The position numbers and the translations under genes are program-made. Shown piece after piece: positions 9,737-17,771 of a stretch of 17,771 nt of DNA. Below the pieces are notes generated by a model that was given only the letters and a program-made list of their open reading frames with translations, searched no databases and was not told where the DNA came from. This DNA is from Fonticula alba ATCC 38817 (Eukaryota > Protista > Nucleariida), in assembly GCA_000388065.2 (NCBI GenBank), contig KB932207.1; one strand, 5' to 3'. Position 1 is the stretch's first letter. Every line of letters starts with the position of its first letter.

Positions 9737-11573
9737 CCCCCCCCCTCTCTCTGCCACTCTCTCTCCGCCCCGTTTTATGGGACTTGTTCCCTCGTGCGCC
9801 CTGCCCCACCCATGCCAATCGCGGGGCATGACAGTGCCGCGGCCGGGGCGGCTGCGGGAAAAGGGCAGCAGGCCCCCGCACGGCCGGACACGCGCACGCT
9901 CACCCACACCCACACATGCATTGTCGACAGATGATGTGCACCCGTCGCTTGGGCCCCGCCGTGGAGGGGGCGGGGGATGGTATAGAGGAGGGGCCGGGGG
10001 GGGGGGGGGGGATGTGCCTGGCGTCTCGTCGGTCAGCACCCTGCCGGATATTTTGTTTCATTTGGCGTCCAGCCAGCTCGGTGTGCGGGGATGGGTCGAT
10101 TTTAGGGGCGAGAGGGGCGACAAGAGGCGGTCGGGTCGGCTCGGCGCGGGAGCCCGGAGGCCCGGGGTGGTGGGGGCGCGCCGCGGGAAAACGAGGGACC
10201 AGGTCACACAGCGCAGGGGGCGTGCCCCTGCCAGTCTTTCGGGCGACCATCCCGACCCAGACGAAGGGGGGCCCGGAGGAAGAGCAGGAGGAGGAGGAGG
10301 AGGAGGAGGAGGGGGGGCATGTCAGTCGCCTAGATCGCCCTCCGCCCGGACCGTCTCCCTGGCCGAGAGTGCGGGAACGTCCCGGCCCCACGGCCGAGAG
10401 GGGAAATTGCAATCAAAATTCCAGTCCTCCTGGCGAGTCGCCAGGCTGCTCGCTGCGGGGAAGAGGCTGGGCAGGGGGCGTGGATGGGGTGAGGGGGGGG
10501 GGGATAGAGGACCCCCCCCCGCCCATCGCGTTCTGCTTCTTTGCGGCCCCGGTCGAGCGGGCGCCTTTTGCCTTCTCCCGAGCAGAGGGATGTGCTGGAA
10601 TTCCCGGCTTGTCACCTGGAACGCCCCCAAGCGGGGGCCCCGGGGTTTGTCTATTCGCCCGAGTGGCCATCTCTCGGACCAAGAGCACTCGCCGTCGCGA
10701 TCGGGCTCGTTCCCCTCGCCGGGAAGATGCTTCCGGAGCCGGCAGACCCGGCGAGAGCCGGGATCCCTCCGGACGGGGAGGAACATGGCTCGTACTCGCT
10801 CACCGGTGTCGTCCCCCGCCGGCTCTTTTCGCCACTGCCTCCAGCTGCGATGCATGGATGCATGCATCCCTGCGTGCGTGCGTGCGTGCACAAACATCCA
10901 TATGCGCTCCTATGCGCCCTCGTTGCCACGGGCCCGCCGGGCCGGCATGAGGGCCGACCGGAGCCCGGCTGTCCACCGGCCCCGGTCAACGTCCTCCCCC
11001 CGTCCGTGCTCCCCCTCGGCAACTCCGGGTGGCGGGCTTCGCCAACCTGTGCCTGTTGCCCTGTGTGCTTTCCTCGGTGTCCGGCTCAAGGGACTTGCGA
11101 CCTTCTGCACAAGGGAGACACGCCTCGGGGTCGGGGCCCGGCGCGGGGCAGCCAACGCCGGCCGACTCCGCTCCCGGCCCCCGGAAATGGAATGTCCAAG
11201 AGGATCTCCCCGAGCTTCCTGTTGAATTGGCCTGATGTACGTCGCCGCCGTCCTGCACGGCCAGGACACCTCCGCAGGTCAGGGGGGCGCGCCGCCACAG
11301 GCACCGGCAAATCTCCCGACGCGACATACGCTCGCCCTCAGGGGCAACACCGGTGCCGGGGTTGGTGCCCGGCCGGCTGGTGCGCCGCCCGGCAGCGAGC
11401 ACCTCCCCCGGGGACGCGGAGTCCGACGGCCGAGGCGGTCAGGCACGCCTCCGGGGAGGATGGGCACAAGCGATCGCCAGTGCGCCGCCGCCCCTCCCCC
11501 CCCCCCCAGGGGAGCTGACCCCTCGCCCCCTCGCCCTCTGGGTGCCGTGCTCTCCCCCCCCCCTCCTCGTAGG

Positions 11574-11581
11574 TATATAAA
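11574..11581 (+). promoter_or_regulatory. TATA box (TATATAAA) of the thymosin-like gene
   Basis: Canonical TATA in very GC-rich surroundings, about 100 nt upstream of the GTATGT donor at 11679, leaving room for a short first exon. Confidence 0.7.
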
Positions 11582-11678
11582 GGAGGCCCTTCGGCGTATC
11601 CGAGAGAAGGGGAGACAACGAAGTTGTTTCCTGAATAATTTCCTTGCACCTTCCCCTCCCCCCTCCTCCTCCTAGCCA

Positions 11679-11833
11679 GTATGTCCCGAGCCTTTCCTTC
11701 ACCGCGCGGCCCTGCCTACCCCCCACCCCCCCCCTCTCTCTCTCTTTCGCCCCCGGCCTGGTCTCTCTGCCTTCCGCCATCGACACCATCACTCACCCAT
11801 GTGCCCCCCCCCCCCCCCCGCCCCCGCCTCCAG
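11679..11833 (+). other. 5'UTR intron of the thymosin-like gene (155 nt)
   Basis: GTATGT donor, ACTCAC branch-like motif (~11791), poly-C tract and CAG acceptor. Splicing joins ..GCCA to CC-ATG and creates a perfect GCCACCATG Kozak context. Confidence 0.75.
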
Positions 11834-11835
11834 CC

Positions 11836-11988
11836 ATGTCCGACAAGCCCGCCACCAACCAGCCCCTCCTCAACGAGATCAACGCCGGCAGCGCCAAGGG
11901 CGGTCTCCGCAAGACCTCCACTGCCGAGAAGGTCTGGAAGCCCTCTGCTGACGACCTGGCCACCGACAAGAAGGAGAACGCCAACTAA
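11836..11988 (+). CDS. 50-aa WH2/beta-thymosin-like actin-monomer-binding microprotein (MSDKPATNQPLLNEINAGSAKGGLRKTSTAEKVWKPSADDLATDKKENAN)
   Basis: N-terminal MSDKP as in thymosin beta-4, amphipathic helix LLNEI, LRKT (LKKT-type motif), then T.EK..PS..L..DK paralleling TETQEKNPLPSKETIEQEK. No A-ending sense codon among 50 codons, plus a TATA box, UTR intron and Kozak context. Confidence 0.85.
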   Translation: MSDKPATNQPLLNEINAGSAKGGLRKTSTAEKVWKPSADDLATDKKENAN

Positions 11989-13840
11989 AGGCCTTCGCCA
12001 TGTCTTCGTCGAGGGCCGGCGTCGTCTCCCTCGCACGGGGTGACACCCCTCGCGGCTTCGGTGGTGTGTGGGCCCTTTCATCGGGGCCCGCCCGCCGCCT
12101 CGCTCGCCACCGGGTATCATGCCCCCTGTGGGAGGGAACGCGCATCCTCGCCTCCACCGCGTGCGCTCTGTGACTGTGCGACTTGCTCCATCCTCCTCCT
12201 CCTCCTCCTCCTCCTTCTCCCTTGCGCTCGTGTGTACACATGTGTGCAGCCCTGTCTCCCTCCCTCCTCCCACACGGGTGTCTAGTTTGCCCCGCGTGGT
12301 AGTGGGTGGTGATGGGGGGCGGGGGTGGGACCGAGAGAGAGAGAGGGATGCGCAAGTCTGCCGCGCGTGGCTGCCATGAGCGCCGGGACGCACGGACCAT
12401 CATGCATGTGCCTGCCTATGTGCTTGTGTATGCGTGCGTCCGTGTCCGGCGCTCACCGGTGCCACGCCTCTCCTCCACCACCCTCCGGCAGCCTGTCAAT
12501 GACGAGGAAGATGCCAGCGCCATCCCCCCCCCTCCGTAGAGAACTCCTCACTGGTTTGATGGAGCCATCACGAGGTGCTGCCATGTCCCCCCCCCTCTTT
12601 GTCCTCCACAGAGCCGCTGGCCGTGTAGGGGAGAGTGTGCCTTGCCTGCACACTCAGTCATGCACCGATCCTGTATAATACAATACCCCGCTTCAGTCTT
12701 TGCTTTGTCTCTTTTCTTCCTGGCACGGGGGAGACGCAGATTCGGCGCGCCTCACAAAAGACCTCCTTCGCGCATCTCCCGGGAGCTGGTCTGGTACCAA
12801 ATGCGTGCCGGCCAGTCGGAAGGGGAGGGGGGGAGGGGGGCGTGTCCGAGGAGAGGGAGCCACGAATGCGACAATGGGACGCCTGCTGCTGGGCGCTGGG
12901 GCGGCCAAAGGGAAAACCAGGTCATGGGGGGAGGGCGAGCGACAAGCAGTGTCTTCCTGACAAGAGGCAGCATTTTCGGGCTGCGCACTGGGCAGAAACC
13001 CGGCCGAAGGTATTCGACACTGCGCATGCCTGACCCCCCCCCCCCCCCCCCCCCCCCCCCGGCAGGTATGGAGGCGCACAGGGGACCTTGGGGGCGGGGC
13101 GGGGAATATATTTGGCAATCGCCGGTCCAGGCTACGAAAGCAAGAGCGCCATTTTCCCCGTCATGAGCCGGGATCCGATTCCCCCCCCAGTCCCACGGGA
13201 AAAGCCAGAACAGCGGCCCCTGTTCTTTCCTCGTTCGCTGGTCCGATCTCGCCCGGGCCATTTTTCGACCCCACAGGTCTGGCCCCGGGAATGTGCAGGT
13301 CTAGCGCGATCGAGGAGGCATTTTTGACATCCGGCCTGTCCGCACGTGATGCAGCAACACACCCGCGGCTTCAGAACTGCCGGGCTGACGGTCTGGCAGC
13401 TGCGATCTGGACCGGGTCTCGACCGTGGTGCCTCGCACCGAGCACGCACGCCCCCGCCCCGCCGCCACCGGCATTCCCTTTCTTCCCGCCTCTCGCAGGA
13501 GTGTGGGACAAGCACTGGGCGGGGGGGGGGGGGGGGGGGGGGACGGCCTGGCAGCCTGGTGGCTGAAGCGTGCGTGAGACTGGCGTATCTTGCTTTTGTT
13601 TTCGGCCCCCAAGCCCCCTGGCGGGACGCCTCGGGGCATCGAATGCCCCTCCCGTCCCGCGGGACTATCGGTTCGCGGGCCGTCCTGGTCACAGCCGCGG
13701 CATGTGGGGGGAACATGCCGCGCGCGAAACCCCCTCCAGAGTGGTGTGCGCGGCTGGCGAATGGGGGCGAGCCCGGTGGAAAGAGTGTTACGCCCAGTGG
13801 CGGAGCCATTCCGTGGCAGCTGCCTCCGCCCTCCGCCCCC

Positions 13841-13882
13841 GCCTCCGCCTCCGCCTCCGCCTCCGCCTCCGCCTCCGCCTCC
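13841..13882. repeat. Hexamer microsatellite (GCCTCC)x7
   Basis: Seven perfect units, with degenerate copies upstream from ~13822. Confidence 0.9.
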
Positions 13883-14065
13883 GCCGTGTGCATGCCCCCG
13901 GCGTCTCTCTCTCGCTCTCTCTCTCCCCCTCTCTCACCTGCTGCTTCTGATCCCAGGAGAGGGAATGAGGCTCAGCTGGACGGGCGAGCCAGGGACTCTG
14001 GCCACGCCTTCCCACCACCTCCCCCACTCTGCTATGGTGATATACACCGGCGCGCTGCTGAGCTC

Positions 14066-14093
14066 TGTGTGCGTGCGCGCGCGCGCGCGCGTG
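14066..14093. repeat. 28-nt alternating purine/pyrimidine tract containing (GC)8 (Z-DNA-prone)
   Basis: tgtgtgcgtgcgcgcgcgcgcgcgcgtg directly visible. Z-DNA propensity is general knowledge and is not tested here. Confidence 0.8.
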
Positions 14094-14676
14094 GCGGAGG
14101 GGATAAAGCTAGAGCACGGAAGCGGAGCACCCTCGCCACACGAGAGGGGCAGAGGGAGGAAAGGGGCACACAAGAAACGGGTTTGGCTTCTTTTTTTTTG
14201 TCGTGGATCTATTGTTGCCGGGTGAGCACACCGCACACGGCGCGGGGCGCACGAACATGCGTACTCACCCAGGCGGCGGACAAAAAAGGAGAGGAGAAAA
14301 AAAAGGGACCCAGAATGAAGGGGAGAGAGAGAGACGGGGGGGGGGGGGGGGAAGGGGGGGGCAGGGGGAATCCTTCGGAGCGAAGTGGGGGATGATGACA
14401 GCAAACCGGGCGTGCCGCTCAGGCACACCCGGGAGGCATCACGCGCGCATCCATACCCTCAACAGAGCTCTCGAATGGCGTTCCCCCTCCCCCCACGCCC
14501 ACCCCCTTCAGGCCTGATTTCACGCGCATCTGCGGTCCCGGGGAAAGACTCCTCTCCGCCCGCGGCGCCCACACACATCTCCACACTCCCGGAAAGGGAG
14601 AGACAGAGAGAGAGGGAGAGGGAGAGGGAGAGGGAAAGGGGGCAAAGGGAAAAGGTCATTCTCCGGCACCCTTTTC

Positions 14677-16907
14677 TTACTCCTCGCGCAGGGGAATGTA
14701 GAAGACCGAGGCCTTGGCGAAGCCGTTGAACTCCGACGCGGCGGTCAGGGTGTAGGCACCCATGTTGCGGAAGGCCAGCCAGTCACCGATGGACAGGCGC
14801 GGCAGGCGGGTCTCCGGCACGATGAGGTCAATCGAGTCGCAGGTGGGGCCCCAAACACTGCAAGTGTGCAGCAGGTCGCCATCGACCTCGCCCTCGGGGG
14901 TGACCGACCGGGTGTCGGCCTGGCTGTTGTCGGCGGCGCTGCTGATGGCATCCAGCGCATGGGACAGGGCCGCCTGGTCGAAGGTCCCGAGGCAGGGCTC
15001 GCCCGAGCGGCGCAGGACCGCCGGGATGACCCGCGCATGGTCGAACTGGATGCAGTTGAAGGACCCATACACGCCGTCATTGACGTAGTACATGAACTGG
15101 TCACCGGGCTGCACGTCGGTGTTGTCATCGGCCGGGAAGGAGAGCACCGGCGGGCCGACCACGAACTCGGTGGAGCCCGTGGGGGAGGCACCACCCGGGG
15201 AGGGGGTGGCGATGCCGGCGGCACGGCGTGCCTCGCGCGCCGCCTCGGCAATGGCCTCGAAGTCGTAGGCAGCCCCGCTGTCGGCGGCCGCCAGGCCGGT
15301 GGTCAGGGCAGCGGTGGTGGCCGCCGCATCGTCGGCACCCTCATCGGAGCCCGGGACGGCCGGGATGCGCCGGCGGCTGGTGACATTGACCGCCAGGCTG
15401 AAGGCCGGCGCGGCGAAAAAGCGCCCCGGCTCGCCGATGAACCGGACCCCGGGCGGGAACCGGGCCAGCTCCGGGCGCAGGGCAGCGGCCACCTCATGGA
15501 AGGGAGCGCCATCGACATTGTCGACGCCGGGGAAGCCGCCACCAATGTCAACCAGCTCCAGCTGGGGCATGCCCAGGGCCGCGGCCTCGGCGAAAACCCG
15601 ACCAACACGGCGGACCGCATACGTGTGCTCTTCCGATCTAACCGGACCCCGGGCGGGAACCGGGCCAGCTCCGGGCGCAGGGCAGCGGCCACCTCATGGA
15701 AGGGAGCGCCATCGACATTGTCGACGCCGGGGAAGCCGCCACCAATGTCAACCAGCTCCAGCTGGGGCATGCCCAGGGCCGCGGCCTCGGCGAAAACCCG
15801 ACCAACACGGCGGACCGCATCGGCGAAGCTCTCGGGATCGAAGCAGCCCGAGCCCACATGGAAGGAGACACCGACCACGCGGACGCCCAGGGCCTGAGCA
15901 CGGGCCAGGAGAGCGCGAGTGGTGTGGGGATGGGCGCCGAACTTGCGCCCGAAGGCGCAAACGGACTTGCTGTCGTCGGCCAGGATGCGCAGAACGGCCC
16001 GGACCCCGGGGTGCTCCTGGCGCATCTTGCGCAGCTCCTCCGCATTGTCGAAGGTCATGAGGTCCACGCCGACGGCCGCCGACTGGCGAATGTGCGACGC
16101 CGGCTTGGTGGGGTTGGCATAGATGATGCGCTCCGGGGCCACGCCGAGGGCCAGCACCGAGCGGATCTCACTGATGCTGGCGCAGTCGAAGGAGGCCCCG
16201 AGATCGGCCAGGGAGATCGGAAGAGCGTCGTGCATCTTGCGCAGCTCCTCCGCATTGTCGAAGGTCATGAGGTCCACGCCGACGGCCGCCGACTGGCGAA
16301 TGTGCGACGCCGGCTTGGTGGGGTTGGCATAGATGATGCGCTCCGGGGCCACGCCGAGGGCCAGCACCGAGCGGATCTCACTGATGCTGGCGCAGTCGAA
16401 GGAGGCCCCGAGATCGGCCAGGGTCTGCATGAGGCGCGGGTCCGGGCAGCACTTGATGGCATAGTGGGGGACAACGTCCGGGAGCTCCCGGCGCCAGAGG
16501 GCCAGCCGCTCGCGGACCACATTCAGGTCGCACACGAAGAAGGGCAGGGCATCGGGATTGGCCTCAGGGCTGGACAGGGCCTCCAGCACCGAGGGGATGG
16601 TGGCACCCTGAGCGCGGCAGACCGCCGCCGCGGCCCGGGAGAGGGTCCCGTCGTCGGCGGGTGCGGCGCCGGCCTGGGCGGCCGTCTGGGCCGCCAGCGC
16701 GACCGCCTGGTCGCAGCAGGCGGCCGCACCGGCCTCGGTAGTGGTGTCAGGCTTCTCCGAAGCGCAGGCGGCGACGGAGAGCGCCCCGGCGCCGGAGGCC
16801 GCCTTGTGGGGGCAGCCACCGGCCATGGTGCCGGGGAGTCCGCAGGTGGAGAGGGCCTTCTGCTCGGGAGACATGGGCGGGGAGGGCATGGGCTGGCTGG
16901 TCTGCAT
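14677..16907 (-). CDS. ODC1: Ornithine decarboxylase (fold-type III PLP enzyme). Intronless CDS, 606 aa after removing two artefactual insertions (200 nt and 210 nt)
   Basis: Motifs PHYAIKC (PLP lysine, codon 16454-16452), FDCASISEI, RIIYANPTK, MTFDNAEELRK, KFGA, VGVSFHVGSG, DIGGGFPG, EPGRFF, YYVNDGVYGSFNC, WGPTCDSID (catalytic Cys), WLAFRNMGAYT and FNGF. 2231-200-210=1821 nt = 607 codons ending TAA 14679-14677. The exact start Met (16907 vs downstream in-frame Mets) is uncertain. Confidence 0.95.
15440..15820. repeat. Exact tandem duplication, 181 bp (15440-15620 and 15640-15820), separated by a 19-nt adapter fragment; artefact
   Basis: The copies look identical with period 200 nt, which shifts the ODC frame. 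Confidence 0.95.
15621..15639 (+). other. Illumina TruSeq adapter fragment ACGTGTGCTCTTCCGATCT
   Basis: Exact match to the 3' end of GTGACTGGAGTTCAGACGTGTGCTCTTCCGATCT. It translates as DRKSTR in the minus-strand ORF. Confidence 0.97.
16022..16423. repeat. Exact tandem duplication, 192 bp (16022-16213 and 16232-16423), separated by an adapter fragment; artefact
   Basis: The copies look identical with period 210 nt (in frame), giving a spurious 70-aa repeat in the ODC translation. Confidence 0.95.
16214..16232 (+). other. Illumina TruSeq adapter fragment AGATCGGAAGAGCGTCGTG
   Basis: Exact match to the start of AGATCGGAAGAGCGTCGTGTAGGGAAAGAGTGT. It translates as HDALPIS in the minus-strand ORF. 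Confidence 0.97.
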
Positions 16908-16943
16908 GACAGGGAGCAAACTGGAGCCGAGCTGGGTGACTGT

Positions 16944-17060
16944 CTGTGTGTGTGTGCGGGGGGGGGGGGGGGTCAGGGCTGAGAAGGGGCCATCGGAGGC
17001 GGGCAAGGGGAGGGGGGAGGAAGCACGGCGGGGCGCGCCGTCGGCCCTTCGGGCACGCAC
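16944..17060 (-). other. Putative 5'UTR intron of ODC (117 nt; alternative acceptor 4 nt downstream at 16940)
   Basis: AG|GTGCGT donor at 17060, CTGAC branch motif 16976-16972, poly-C/(CA)n tract, CAG acceptor ending 16944. Confidence 0.65.
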
Positions 17061-17240
17061 CTATCGGAGAGACACGCACGCACACACACACACGCACGCA
17101 CGCACACACACGCACGCGGACACGGACGGGGGAGGGAACTAGCCGAGACTGGACAGGGAATGTGGGGGAGAACACATTCAGGGGCCGATGTCGGAGGGGG
17201 GATGGCCGGCTGCGGGGAGAGCGCGCCCGAGCGGCGGCGC

Positions 17241-17248
17241 CTTTTATG
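17241..17248 (-). promoter_or_regulatory. TATA-like element (CATAAAAG) upstream of ODC
   Basis: The only A/T-rich box in the GC-rich upstream region, about 25 nt before a pyrimidine-rich stretch resembling the starts of the other genes. Confidence 0.45.
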
Positions 17249-17658
17249 CCTGGCGGCTCTCCCCTGCCTGGCCCCCGGGGGTGTGGTGGTGGGGCAGGCC
17301 CCGGCGGGGCCAGTGTCCGGCCCGGCGGCCATTCGCCAACAAACAGACACACACACACACACACACGCACACGCACACGCACATACACCCCGCCCAGGCG
17401 GGCGTGTGTGCGCGTGTATGTGGGACGCGCGCCAACACTCCGAAGGGAACGGGGCCGGTCCCCGCGCGTGCCTGGGCGGGCGTGGCAGCCGGATGGGCGG
17501 GAAACCGGCGACCCGGTCCTACATGGCCCATCACTAAGATCTGGCGCGGGCGCTGGCCGGCCGGCGCATGGCCCCCAGGGGGGGGGGGGACCCTCATGGC
17601 CGCGCGTGTGCGCGCGTACGAACCAACACGCCCCGCACCTGTGCCGGCTTGCCGCTCG

Positions 17659-17711
<53 letters not shown>
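17659..17711. repeat. Poly-C homopolymer (53 nt)
   Basis: Directly visible. The exact length may be unreliable in a short-read assembly. Confidence 0.9.
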
Positions 17712-17771
17712 TGCCCCCTGTTTGAGGGCCCGGGGGGGGGAGAGGGGGGGGGGGGGCGAGAGGCCGGAGAC

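Noticed and set aside
7700-11520. Long intergenic ORFs (8697-9680, 9681-11225, 9916-10950, 10541-11518, 9131-10039)
   Set aside because: Arg/Gly/Pro-rich translations of G/C runs and microsatellites with no codon bias or family motifs. Long stop-free frames are expected at this GC content.
12874-13033. Antizyme-like +1 frameshift site (TCC-TGA-C at 12955-12961) close to the ODC gene
   Set aside because: The upstream ORF is only ~28 codons and ends AVSS rather than a WCS-like context. The +1 frame closes after 24 codons, and no downstream frame shows antizyme C-terminal domain motifs.
15440-16423. Direct repeats with short unique spacers as a CRISPR-like array, a real tandem duplication or an ODC pseudogene
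   Set aside because: The spacers are exact Illumina adapter fragments, the repeats are ODC coding sequence, and removing them gives an intact ORF with all catalytic motifs.
16913-17060. Extending the ODC CDS upstream to 17060 as in the ORF track
   Set aside because: That start is GTG and coincides with the predicted intron donor. The 51 codons run through a branch point, poly-C and (CA)n.
17061-17127. Recursive or zero-length-exon splicing in the ODC leader (GTCCGT at 17127 ... CTCTCCGATAG|GTGCGT)
   Set aside because: AG|GT is simply the common exon-end context, there is no branch motif in the 67-nt segment, and the GTGCGT-like words arise from the (TG/CG)n microsatellite.

Overview
GC-rich, intron-containing eukaryotic genomic DNA. 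It is not prokaryotic, and I find no CRISPR array, rRNA, tRNA or transposon. The style (C-rich 100-220 nt introns, poly-C/G runs, strong C/G-ending codon bias) would fit a unicellular amoeboid opisthokont such as Fonticula alba, but the taxon is inference only. Four protein-coding genes are supported. (1) UTP21/WDR36 on +, 11 coding exons, 341-4714, 931 aa by my splice model. (2) ARPC1 (Arp2/3 p40 subunit) on -, 7474-5686, 2 exons, 387 aa, with its intron spanning a 541-N scaffold gap. (3) A 50-aa WH2/beta-thymosin-like microprotein on +, 11836-11988, with a TATA box and a 5'UTR intron, lying head-to-head with ARPC1. (4) Ornithine decarboxylase on -, 16907-14677. The apparent frameshift and internal duplications in ODC are assembly artefacts: two 19-nt Illumina TruSeq adapter fragments each sit between tandem copies of 181 and 192 bp. 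Removing them restores an intact 606-aa ORF. The best biological leads are the non-animal-looking thymosin/WH2 hybrid peptide next to ARPC1, an invariant C at +4 of the 5' splice sites (GTNCG in 11/11 homology-supported introns), and an ODC with an N-terminal extension, two loop insertions and no C-terminal tail. Nearly all other long ORFs in the six-frame track are GC-content or antisense shadows.
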